From assembly GCF_006345805.1 (NCBI RefSeq), contig NW_021834611.1, positions 1 through 52,785 of the forward strand: DNA of 52,785 bases, read 5' to 3'. Below, piece by piece: positions 22,981 through 35,397 of this stretch. The notes under the pieces were generated by a model. That model did not search any database. It saw only the letters and a program-made list of their open reading frames with translations, and was not told where the DNA came from. The stretch is from Octopus sinensis (taxonomy: Eukaryota). The number at the start of each line of letters is the position of its first letter. Positions within the stretch are counted from its first letter, which is position 1. A program made the position numbers and the translations under genes.

Positions 22981-23845
22981 CCGAACCCTTCAAAGGGATG
23001 TTTAGCATTTAAGTTAGCGAAAAAAAGCATAATTTGTGATTCCAAAAGGATTATATCTTCCTCAAAGTTACGAGGGAAAAACATCGGATCTTGTGAATTT
23101 TCCAAATTTCTCTTTCCACCCTCACAAATTTCTTTATAATCGTAATCTATACCGTTTGAAAGGTATAAAATTTCATTCAAAAACCCCACTTTCTAAAACG
23201 TTATGAGGGAAAAACATCGGATTTTGGGGATTTTCCGGAGGCCTCTGCCCACCAACGTTGCTTTCCGGGCATTTTGGGATTCATATTCGTTTCCTAAGCC
23301 TTTTTTTTTTACATAAGTTGCACGATTTTTGTTTCGATTTAATTTCCGGGTAAAAATGTCAACATTAACCAACCATTTTTTTCTCCCTCCATTTTTTTCA
23401 CTTCCTTCCCAACATATTTTAAAAATATAAACTCAATATGACTGAAGTTTAAATAATGTGCATTTTTAGGATCTTCACCGAATATCATCGCTTGTGTACC
23501 ACATTGAGACTTTTGCGAATATTTGAAAATTTGTTCGTTGAAACGTGTTTTTCCGAATTTTACTTTCTAACTTTAAACTCTACTAAACATTTTGTATATT
23601 TATTGGTACAATTGATGAGCAAAAAATTGTGGAAAACAGTTTGATATTTCGATAAATCTAATACGAAATTTGAAAACGACCACAAGTTTTCAGATGCATG
23701 TGCCTTTTCAAACCGAAATGAAATCTTCCTATATATTTTCCTGCGTGGAATTACATTTCTTTCTGTTATACCTATACATACATAGATACATACATACATA
23801 CACATACGCACACACATATATATATATATATACACACACACATAC

Positions 23846-23883
<38 letters not shown>

Positions 23884-23935
23884 ACATACATACATACATA
23901 CATAAATACATATATGCATATATATATATGTATGC

Positions 23936-24018
<83 letters not shown>

Positions 24019-24599
24019 TACATATATATATATGTATACGCCAACACACACACATATGGTAACTGAAAGACGGAAAAATAGAATATACGAGAATTTATTA
24101 ATCACGACAATTGTTTCCATACATCTACCATCGAACCCTGAGGGTGGGACACTCAAAAACTGGTTCAGAAGCATCCGGTGGTGCAGATGTGTCTCATCGG
24201 GTGATAAATAGTCACAAATCGTTAAAGAACAATTCCGCAATATAACGTCTCGTTTTGTAGAAGGAAAGTAGCCAGGTGGTGGAAATATCTTCATTTACAT
24301 AGAAGTTGAAAAATGAAATCACAGATAAAAAAAAAAGAGAAATGAACAGGCAATACAGCGAGGAAATTATTAGAAATAACCGTTAACATATATGGATGTA
24401 TTAACGTCCTCGGACAAGCTGCATGGTGCGAGTACACTCGATCATACAAGCATCCGCGGAAATGTGAGCATACGTACACGTGAGGTTTGGTGCGCTCATG
24501 ATTACAAAGCGAGTTAACTATCTACTTTGTGTTTGTAAGAATGGAGATGTTAAAAGTAAACTTAAGTCATCTATACCTTAAAATAAATTCTGTTAGCAG

Positions 24600-25420
24600 T
24601 TACTCAAAGTTCATTCCCCCTGCATTCTGCGAAAATACATTCATATGCGTCTAGGCATCTCGAGAGTATTTCAGAAAGTCTGTTAATTGTCTTGTCATTA
24701 GTCCACAAATTAGACAGAGATTTGTAGGAGCAGAGACGGCATCTTCTGGAAATTATATTGTATGGTTTCGCGTACCTTACTATGGACCAGCATATGCTGT
24801 ACTTCATTTTATCCTCCTTCAGTCACCATACAAAATCAGCCAAATATATAGGATGTCTTATTGATTGTCTTAAAGATGGCAACAAGATTACGATAAATGA
24901 AGCAGCCGTCTGCTCAATGTAAACATGCGGCCATCTCCTTGTAAGCACGGTACATTTATATACAAGATTTGTACTCATACAAAGATTCATCAATGGACAT
25001 TTTGATTTTTCTCTGCATGAGCATTTATCGCATTTTTAATTGTATATAAGACAGTCCCGACTCCATTTATCGACGTTGTTACCGTGTTAGCTCTATCAAT
25101 AGTATTTCTACTATTGGCCATAACTGGTGTGTTTTTCATTGCGGTTTAGATCTCCTTTATTAGCATTCAGATGCGTATGCTCGCTAGATCCAGTGGTTGG
25201 GTTATTGAACCTTCGTCGCATTTTGCTATTCATACGATGCATAAGCTACTCAAAATTAGCAGAGTTAGCGTAGGAGACCTTCACGGTAAGCCTATTAAAA
25301 ATAGCATGATACCGATTAGGTTTAGGAAAACCTTTGTCCAAAAGTTTTCCAGCGATCTTGGTTGAAACATGCGAACCGAAAATCGAGTTGAACCAGAGAA
25401 CATCTTGATTCCTATATCTG
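24600..25420 (-). mobile_element. Degenerate Penelope-like element C-terminal (GIY-YIG region); mirror at ~49,075-49,880
   Basis: VLWFNSIFG..., FNRLTVKVSY, WSIVRYAKPYNIISRRCRLC resemble PLE IWFNPPF / TVKLSYS / WSI..A.PY...C.LC motifs. Confidence 0.72.
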
Positions 25421-26012
25421 TTGTTTTGCTTATTTGATCGAGTGTGTTGTAAAGGATTGGAAGAAACAGTTGGATTATTATGTCGCGTGTGTCTATGAGT
25501 TTTCGTTGATAGTTCATTGTATATACATGTTGTGGCGGACACCTCCAAGTGAGAAGTGGGCTGTTCCACTACTGATAAATGGTGGACAGACACAGCAAGC
25601 AGTGTCAGTCGGCGAGGTACGCCGTACGGGCCAGTCACGCAGGCGGCGGAATACGTTGTCATAATGTAGGACATATCAGTGGCGACGAGAATATCTCCCG
25701 CTGTATAACGGTGTTGTAATAACAGTGGTAACGAGGTTACGAACGCTCGTAAGAATGTCGGAAAGGAACTGAACTACACACAGTGAAAAATATATAAATT
25801 CTATTGAAAATAGTTTCTGAAGCAACACTGTTCGATAAAACTGGGACTCTAACACAGAACTGAACATCACAGTGTGAAAAATAATATAAATCCTTTTGTA
25901 GGATTTCTGTCAGGTCTCTATGAGTTAGTAACGCTACCTGTAAACAATGTAGGCTAGTACTACCTTCGGCATTCTAAAAAGAAAAATAATTCTGTGTGGA
26001 AGAAATAATAAC

Positions 26013-26079
<67 letters not shown>

Positions 26080-26082
26080 TAA

Positions 26083-27486
26083 TAAAACAAGATAATAGGT
26101 ATTAACACTTTAGCTGTCCCAGTTATAAGTTACAGCTACAATATCCTTAACTGGACACTAAATGAACTGACCAAAATGGATAGGAAAACAAGAAATATAA
26201 TGACAGGATCTAGGATGCATCATTCAAAATCTGACATAGAAAGGCTATATATACAATATATACAACGTATAGAAGGTGGTAGAGGCCTTATACAGCTGGA
26301 AAACTACTATAAAATAACCACCATAGGACTGCAAAAATATCTACTTCAGAAAGAAGGAAAACTGATACAAATAGCGGCAAAACACGAGCAAAACAAAAAA
26401 CTGTTCTCAGTATTTTAGGAAGCTGACAAATAAAAAAAGAAATCATACCACCTAACAATATGAAGAAGAAGAAGAAGAAAAAGAAGAAGAAGAAGAGAAG
26501 AAAAAGAAGACGTAGAAGAAGAAGAAGAAGAAGAAGAAGGAGATAATGAGGAAGAAGAAGAAGAAGAAAGAAGAAGAAGATAATGAGGAAGAAGAAGAAG
26601 AAAAGAAGAAGATGATGAAGAAGAAGAAGAAGAAGAAAGAAGAAGAAGAGAAGAAGAAGAAGAAGAGAAGAAGAAGAAGAAGAAGATGATGAAGAAGAAG
26701 AAGAAGAAACAATAAAAGCTATAAAACAAATAAAATCCAAACTAAAACTAGAACAGCAACGAACCATGATAAAACGATGGCAAGAAAAGCCCCTTCATGG
26801 CAAATACTGGACTAAACTAAATGCAAAAGAAATAGACAAAGAAAAATCCCAGCAATGGTTGAGAAGCTCAGGACTCAAAGCAGAGACAGAGGGATTTTTA
26901 ATTGCAGCACAAGACCAAAGCCTCCCCACCAGAAATTCCCACCAGAAAAGAAATATAACAAGTAACTGCAGAATATGTGGAGATGGACAAGAAACAATAA
27001 ATCATATTATATCTGGCTGCCCAGTCCTGGCTAAGAAGGAATATATTCACAGACACGACAGAGTTGGGACCTACATACACTGGAAGTTATGCCAACATTA
27101 TGGAATAACAACAGAAAAAAGATGGTATAGGCACACACCAGACAAGGTCACAGAAAACGAGAAAGCAACCATACTCTGGGATATGCCAATACACACAGAT
27201 AGAGAAATTAAGGCCAACAGACCAGATATAGTTATCAGAGATCATGAAGAAAAAGAAAATGCTTTCTAATTGATGTATCAATACGAGGAGGCGACAACGT
27301 GTCTCTAAAAGAAATGGAGAAACTTTCAAAATACAAAGACCTGGAAACGGAGGTAACCAGAATGTGGAATCTAAAAACAGAAACAATTCCTATCATAGTA
27401 GGTGCATTAGGCATGATAAAAAAATATTCAGGCAAATGCATAACAAATACACCAGGACTTAAAACACATATAATATACAGAAAATT
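26083..27486 (+). mobile_element. 5'-truncated R4/Dong-like LINE (CCHC + RLE) interrupted by (GAA)n at 26,461-26,708; mirror at 47,174-48,346
   Basis: KPLHGKY, LKAETEGFLIAAQDQ, CRICGDGQETINHIISGC, RHDRV, RPDIV; starts in (TAA)n. Confidence 0.88.
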
Positions 27487-27537
27487 GGTGGTGGTGGTGA
27501 TGATGATGATGATTCCGTGTGAAGATGAAGGTGAATA

Positions 27538-28560
27538 ATGATTATGTATAGTGAGAATAATGATTCCAGCTCTAACAATTTCGGCACCCCTGTACATAAG
27601 AAAAGTAATTTACGGACCAGGGGAGGAAATAGACAAACAACCCCAAATTTCCAACACAGAAATTTTCCCCTTACTGTCAATAGTAGCAATATGACCATTT
27701 CTAAATCCACAAAAAACTATATCTGGTTTGTTATACCTTTCGGGAAGCAAATCAAATCAAACCTTCCTTTACAGTTCCGTAAAGCCGTAGCTAAGAACTT
27801 TGCCAGGGATTCTAGGTATTACTCGATTATCAATTCGCATAGGGTAAGGATTGCATTCTCTAACACTAGAAATCTTTCACAAATTATCGCCTCCCATAAT
27901 AATAAGCTGCTAAACAAAGATTCTTCACCCGGGAGTTACAACACTATTCTCACCAATTTCAACCAAACATACAATAGTAATGATAGAGGTAGTATTGATA
28001 ATAGCAACATTCGTAACAGCGTTAGTATTAACAATGGTAATATTAGTAATAGTATTAGTCAGATTAATAACAGGGGTAGTGTTGATGGTAACAACGACAG
28101 CATTTCTATTGTCAGAGATATTGCCGGTGATAGTACAACTAATAATAATAACAATAATAGAAATAGTGTAGTGATCAATGCTAGCAGTAATGGTAACAGC
28201 AATCAGAACAATAGAAACTCCGTTTTAATCTCGGAGGAAAACCCTAATAGATTAAAGTTCTTATCCAGTAATTCCAAAATTAAAAACTCCATTTACCAGT
28301 GTAAGATTTCTTCCATTACCGGTGTCTTCTTCTATATTGGCGCGACAACTTCTCGATTGTTCCAGAGAATTTCCAATCATTATTCAACTTTCCGAGATAA
28401 GAGAAAACAGCATACTACAGGACTAAGTAAATTAGTTTGGCGTCTTAAGGACAGCAATATAACTTTCAAACTGGACTGATCCATATTATCTGTATCCTTT
28501 CCTTTTGATAAGGGCAGGAAATTCTGTGGCATCTGTAATTCCGAACTCTTCTTTATCCTT
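27538..28560 (+). pseudogene. Penelope-like element 3' ORF fragment with GIY-YIG endonuclease (ORF 27,538-28,479, premature TGA at a conserved Trp)
   Basis: IWFVIPF, RIAFSNTRNLSQIIASHN, SIYQCK...YIGATT, RISNH, TGLSKLVWRLK; the frame continues past TGA with FCGIC. Confidence 0.85.
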
Positions 28561-29220
28561 TTCTCCAAATTCCCCTTGGTAAACACAATTGTAGAAAAAT
28601 CCTATAAGTGTAAACATTGGCAGAGACATACTTTTCACTCATATGAATGATGGTTAATATAGATAACCTCTTTGATTTTAATAATTTAGTTTCACTTCTA
28701 CAACACCACCATATACAATTCCTTTTTTCTACTGCGTTACACGAAGAATTACTACTAAATTTGTTGGGATATGTTTTTTCCTCTTTCTCTCTGCATCTCC
28801 CCTCCTCTCTCGCTCTCTATCTCTCTCTCTCTATCATACCCACAATCGACACAAATCTGTCACCTCACTACTAATGTTTCTGACATTTGTCACCCTACAC
28901 ACACAGTCACGCACACACACACACCAGAGGCAGAAATCCAGTTATATACATACACACGCACAAGCACTGAAACTCATAACAATAGCATGCACCCACGCAT
29001 CCCCATACAATACAGCTTGCACTCTATCCCCTTCCTATAACTTTCTCCTCCCAACCAAATTTGAACTCTTTAACTCCTTAGAACATTCTCCATCCAACCA
29101 ATTCTGACGTCATTGCTTATAACGGGAGATTTTAAAGAAACACTCATTATTACTGTGGACATCATGTGGGCAGTCATCTAAAAGTTTTTGCTCTTCATGA
29201 TGCTGGAATTAGTTCCTTGT

Positions 29221-29303
29221 CTTTCCTGATGAGATGGCGGCATAATGCACCCTTTATTCCTTCGGAATTAGGAATATGCAGCCTTCGAAACATGTGTCGA
29301 GAG
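29221..29303 (+). ncRNA. Type I hammerhead ribozyme motif downstream of the Penelope-like ORF
   Basis: ctttc-CTGATGA-G[long stem II]C-GAAAC-ATGT-GTC-gagag; stem I ctttc/gagag. Confidence 0.65.
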
Positions 29304-29632
29304 TAAAGAAATTCTGTTAAAATCGTCGTTCGACTCCATTCTTTCATTTATATATATATATATACATGTGTAAGTGTATGTATGTGCGGGTGTCATTATT
29401 TGACATTTTTTCTACAATATTGCAACCTCTGTCAAGAAAATTTACGAGACTTTCAAGGAATTACAGAAAAATCCTCATCAAACCAAGTGCAACACGGGAT
29501 GTGGCGTGGCAGCTGCAACAAAGGTCGTTGGCCATTCTCTGCAGCTACGTCATCTCACCCATCACCGCGGGATGCGACTGAGCACATGATTATTTCTGGG
29601 GTATGTGGCCCATCGCTCCCTCCCACTCCATC

Positions 29633-29706
<74 letters not shown>

Positions 29707-30176
29707 TTCTTTACAATAATATTGTGTGACTTGCAATGTAAAATCTTAACATCCATATCCATAACTTAAAGGCCAACACCACAGCGAAGAACGAAGCACT
29801 GATATTTTCTTACCGTTTCAATAGCTTAAAAACAAATAGCACAGCGAATAACGAAACACCAAGTACTTGCGATGCTTTAATATTTTTATTTCATTGGAAT
29901 TTCATTAAAATTTGACGGATTAATAGCATAAATATATTAGATATTAAATACATTCGTCGTATTAAGTTGGGTTTGTAAGAAAAGTCACAGTTGTAAGTTA
30001 TGGTTTGCAGATTTTCTCTCTTTCAACCATTTTCAGTTCTTGGTGCAACGCACGTGAATTCCTCTCCAGGATAAATTACAGAATCAAACTTCTGCTCCAT
30101 AATATTTTATATTTCACTGTTTCATGAAATTTATTCGTTGTTTTCTACTGTCATAGGATCTGACGATTGGTTAGAT

Positions 30177-30790
30177 AAGAGGAGGAAGAAGTGGGGAGGA
30201 GGATGAAGAGGGGGAAAAGGAGGAAGTGGGGAAAAGGAGGAAGTGGGGAGGAGGAGGTTGTGAGGAAGAGGAGGATGAAGGGTGGAGGGAATGAGGAGGA
30301 TGAAGGGGAAGAGGGGAGGAGTAGGAGGAAGTGGGGAGGGAAGCGGAGAGGAGGAGGAAGAGGGGAGGAGGAGGAAGTGGGGAAAGGAGGAAGTGGGGAA
30401 AGGAGGAAGTGGGGAGGAGGAGGAGGAGGAGGAAGTGGGAAGTGTAGGAGGAGGAGGAAGAGGAAGAGAAGGAGGAGGATGAAGGGTGGAGGGAATGAGG
30501 AGGATGAAGGGGAAGCAGAGGAATAGGGGGAAGAATGGTGAGAATGAGGATGATGAAGGGGAAGAGGAGAAGGGGAGAGGAGGATGGAGAGTAGGAGGAG
30601 GAAGTGCGGAAGGAATGAGGAGGATGAAGGGGAAGTGTAGGAGGAGGATAAATAGGAAGAGGAGGAGGGGGAGGAGGAATGGGAAGGAGAGGAGGAGGGG
30701 GAAGAATTGAGGGAATGAGGATGATGAAGGAGAAGGAGGAGGAGGAGGATGTAGGGTGGAGGGAATGAGGAGGGGGTGGAGGAAGATAGA
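30177..30790. repeat. Polypurine (G/A) low-complexity tract
   Basis: Degenerate GAG/GGA repeats with very few pyrimidines on the + strand. Confidence 0.92.
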
Positions 30791-30930
30791 AGTAGTAGAA
30801 GCATGTTGTTGATCTTGTTGAGTGTATTTTTGCTGTTTTGTCTGCATTTCTTCTCATCGATTTCCGCCATCAATAAAAACAATCTTACGTCTGTAGTTTA
30901 CCTTCAAACTTCACCAGAGCAGCACGCCAA

Positions 30931-31144
30931 TTAGATGGTAAATTTACGAGAAAAAACCAGAAAAGCGATTACGGTTTGGACTATAATGTTATTGGTCACG
31001 TGAACCGAACCAGCCATATCTTTACGACACGCGCAATAATCTCTTTGTTTCATACAGTTGTAACCGGCGCAGCATCTACATCTTTTATGTGGTCCGTGAC
31101 CAGCACATGGACCTCTTGAACATGAACTTCTCTTCAACATTTCA
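30931..31144 (-). CDS. Cys-rich peptide, copy 2, coding exon 3 ((S)EMLKR-SSCSRGPCAGHGPHKRCRCCAGYNCMKQRDYCACRK-DMAGSVHVTNNIIVQTVIAFLVFSRKFTI*); full precursor 108 aa
   Basis: Same acceptor and phase as 14,486; identical Cys spacing; hydrophobic C-terminal extension. Confidence 0.87.
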
Positions 31145-32490
31145 CTGTAAATACAAAATATAGTAGAGAATACTAAATATTATTAAACTAGCAGAGATAC
31201 CCGGCGTTGCCCATGCTACATGCAATTGAAGAATTAGACTTTTCTGTTATATTTTCTGTAATGAACTGGAATACCTATGATTCGAATTTCTTCAAAATTG
31301 CAGATGAGCGTTCTTTCCCTCTTTACACACCCTAAAAAAATTGTAATCGTGCTACATGTCTCCCATACTACTGATTTTTATGCGCATATTCCAAAATTCC
31401 AGTCTTATCGAAACTGTTTAAAGGATTTTGCTCCTGAAAAATGAAGATCATGGATCTCTAAAATGTGAGAGTTAAGGCCCCTGTTGGGCGTGGGTGTCTT
31501 AATGTCAGGCAGAGAAGTTGCATTGTTGAGAATCTTTTTAACTTGGGTCTTATATCTATTGTTTGAATTTCTTTGAAATAGGAAATATATGTTCACTGGG
31601 TTTGTAAAAGACAGTAAAGCTACAGGAAACGAAAAGACGAATGATCACAATAAGCATCAGCTACCCTACCCTAGTCGTTACCACTTCCAAAGTAGGCTTT
31701 CTCACCATCCAGGTGACAGGCACAGCCGTTAGATGCATTATGGATCTATAGCAATTGGAAGGGCGTGACCCAACTGAAATAAACATTAACAACAGTGTGA
31801 CGTGAGGGCTAAGGAGAAATGAAAATGTCACCTCTGGAGTTTGCAAATGACCACTACACTGATACGTAACTGGGCAGAATAAATTTGCAATCTATAAATG
31901 TCTCTGAATAACAAGTCACTCATCTGGGATGGCCTTGAAATCAGTGTTACCATCTGGGGACTATGTGTGACCCAGTGGTAATAAAATGACTGAAAGGAGG
32001 TCTGCAATCAAATAACTTTACTCAACACTTTGCAACTGAATCAGTGGAGGCAAAGATGCCTGTCATTTACTTGACAATTTATGCAGCACATTGCAGAAAT
32101 CACGATGTAAGTGTATGTGAAAGCAAACTGTTAAACTTTTGCACCATTGAATTACTAATAATGCTCATCTTTTATGCTCTGGTAACCATACAGCTTCTAA
32201 GAGCACAACTGTATTCGTTTTTGCTTAGATAAAATGACAAAAGTCCCCATGGAGGGGTCTTTCTAACTTGTAAGAAGATGAAATTTTTTAAAAATTACTT
32301 CAGTTGTGTCTAATATCTACGGTTAAAATTTTATCAACAGCAAAAATATATGAATTATCATGGGGGTTATGGCCCTTATGCATAGAATATAATATCCAAA
32401 TTTCATAAATATCCATTCAGTACTTTTGACCTAGTTTTGGATCATAAAAGACATGACTAAAATTTGGGAGTTAAGGCCGCCATTAGGGTG

Positions 32491-32539
<49 letters not shown>

Positions 32540-34333
32540 AAGATAAATTGATAGATACAACTGAGTGCGCAAACAAAAATATGAGACACAGCCTAGTGCT
32601 TTTTTATGTTGATAAGCCTGGTACTTATTCTATTAGTTTGTTCTTGTGAAACCAATAAGTTATAGGGATGTAAATAAATGAACAGCAGTTGTGAAGCAGT
32701 GATGAGGGTGAAACACAGAGACAAAGACAGACACATACACTTACATATATACATACATATATATAAGATTGATTTGTTTCAGTTCCTGTCTACGAAATCC
32801 ATATATATACATACATACACACACACACACACAAAGATAAATTGGTAGATACAACTGGGCAAACAAAAATATGAGACACTGCATAGTCGGTTTTTTTATT
32901 TTGATATTCCTGGTACTTATTCTATCAGTTTCTTCTGACACCAGTAAGTTATGGGGATTTAAATAAACCAACACTAGTTGTGAATCAGTGATGAGGGAGA
33001 AACGCAAAGACACACTCATAGACTTACATTTATATATACATATATATATACAATTCATTTCTTTCAGTTTCTGTCTACAAAATCCACTGACAAGGCTTTG
33101 GTTGGTCTGAGGCTATAGCAGAAGACACATGCCAAGTTACCACACAGTGGGACTGAACTGAGGACCATGTGTTTTGGAACCAAGTTTGTTACCACACAGC
33201 CACACCTGCACCTATGTATGTGTGTGTGTGTGTGGAAGGTCACATTGACACACAACGAAGCCGGCAGCCCAGAATGAAAGCACAGAGTTTACAGAAAGCT
33301 ATTAACTCATTTCTTGCGCAAACATTATGCACAAACTGAATGCTGCCACATTCCTTCACTACCATTTCGAGTCCAACGACATGATGACTGATGAACAGGA
33401 AGGTGAAAAGAAGCGAGTGTGGGGATGGCCGGAACAGATTTTCAGAAACAAACCTCAACTGTTTGAAGTGAACGAAAGAAAAACCGTTGGAAACTTGCAA
33501 CAGTGTCGCTTGATTGTGGACATTCTATTCCCCCATTATATCCTATTACTTTTGAAGACATCACACATAGGATCAACAGCTACCAAAAAATATCAAGGTA
33601 CTACCGCCCTATGCGACACGACGTTGTGTCCAACACAAGAGAAACAATGCCATTCCGGTAGGAAGATTGTCCTGGAATGTATATAGTGAAATCCTGTTGT
33701 TACATACATACATAGACATCAACGAAACGAATGCTGGTGGAATATTAACATCAGAATATCTGTCAATGTAAAAATAACCGGTCGGATAACATAACTTGAA
33801 GCAGGCAAGAAAATGAAAAAACTGTCATAGAGATCTCCGGTCTTGCTCGCATGAATATCTCTTTGGGAACCAAAGAGGAGGATGGTAACACTGGACAACT
33901 GTTGCAACGCTTCAGCTTCTGTTGGGTTGTGCGGAATGTTCGTGCCGACTTTTAAAGGAAAGAAAAAGGTCAATAAATACTTGCCCATTACATTTTTAAT
34001 CAACCAAATATGAACCATTTTGTTTCACAATGATCTCCATCTATCATTTAACTTGAAAATACCCTCTTCCCAGAATTGAAGTGGTTTCATGGCAAAGAAT
34101 TCATTAAGGTATCTTCTTATGTCATCCAAGGAATTGAAATTTTTACCATTAAGACTATTCTGCAGGGACAGAAATAAGTGAAAATCCGAAGGAGCAATAT
34201 CTAGTGAATACGCAGCCGAGCTGCAGCAATTTTTGTCTGATTCCCAAAGCATCAAGTGCCGAAAATGAATTTTCTTATCTTGCCAATACTAAATTAATTA
34301 CATTTGCATGAGACGTACATATGTTGTTCTTAC

Positions 34334-34382
34334 CTCATATTTACTCTCCTGAAACCTATCTCTTGATGGAAGGGAGCGACAT
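34334..34382 (-). CDS. Cys-rich peptide, copy 2, coding exon 2 ((N)VAPFHQEIGFRRVNM)
   Basis: 49 nt, AG/GTAAGA boundaries conserved with 11,257-11,305. Confidence 0.82.
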
Positions 34383-34478
34383 CTAAAAGAGATATTAAAA
34401 TATATATGGAAGAAGTAAATATCCATTTACCGATATTTCGTGTGGAAATACACAAAATACCCATGAAGCACTCAACAG

Positions 34479-34687
34479 GTAATTCATTGAATAGAGGAGA
34501 ATGTATCAAATGGAGGATAATGTATAATTCATTGAATAGAGGAGAATGTATCAAATGGAGGATAATGTATAATTCATTGAATAGAGGAGAATGTATCAAA
34601 TGGAGGATAATGTATAATTCATTGAATAGAGGAGAATGTATCAAATGGAGGATAATGTATAATTCATTGAATAGAGGAGAATGTATT
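34479..34687. repeat. 45-bp minisatellite, ~4.6 copies, in intron 1 of copy 2
   Basis: Reverse complement of the unit at 10,322-11,160. Confidence 0.96.
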
Positions 34688-35333
34688 TATGGTAACACCA
34701 TCTGAAACAAGATGGAGGATCATGACGACCGGAACTCGAATTTCCTCACTCATACACTTAAATATGGCTCATCTCTGTAGTGATGGATGTTTTTAATACA
34801 TAAAAGGAGATAAAAACCAATAAAGAGCAATAAAAAGGAATGGCAGGAAAACAAACAAAACAACACATGAAACATAATATACATCATTTGCTGATTCTCT
34901 TCCCTTAATTATTTTAATAATGAAGAATTCTAAAAGCAGCGGCGTGTGTGAAAAGAATCGTTAGCTCGACAAAATATGCTTAGAGGAATTGCGTTCGTGC
35001 TTACGTTCTGATCAAATACAGGAGTAACAGATGAGAGCACACCACTAGAATTCTTCTCGATTTGTATATAAAAGATTCGTCAGTTATATTGTTAATTAAA
35101 TGTCATATATTATATAGAAGAAGCGTAAATCCGTATACTCGGTCTAAGAGTAGTGTATATAAAAAGTGAGTTATTTATTTGAAAGCTGTTAAAACATATA
35201 AATGGAGTATAACCGAAAGACCGCTGAGGTAGCGTTATTCATTTTCCTCTTTTCCACCTTTCTATTTTCCCCCTTTTTTCCCCACTACATTTCACATTAT
35301 TATAAAATAAAAGAAATTTACAATTATACTTAC

Positions 35334-35397
35334 TTTGTTTAACCGAGAAGGTGTATGAAATGAATACACAAAACAATAGGACACTGATGCCTTTCAT
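35334..35397 (-). CDS. Cys-rich peptide, copy 2, coding exon 1 (signal peptide)
   Basis: Identical to 9,611-9,674; donor GTAAGT at 35,333. Confidence 0.85.

Larger units (their letters stand above)
19187..27486 (+). repeat. Arm B of second inverted duplication (partner 47,174-52,785)
   Basis: Window end 52,785 matches the reverse complement at ~19,187; homology ends at 27,486 / 47,174; mirrored ORF pairs (e.g. 22959..23189- / 50803..51033+). Confidence 0.94.

Noticed and set aside
26288-26767. Poly-S/F/L ORFs
   Set aside because: Antisense translation of a (GAA)n expansion inside a LINE
30131-30882. Pro/Ser-rich and Gly/Glu/Arg-rich ORFs of 111-243 aa
   Set aside because: Artefacts of the polypurine low-complexity tract
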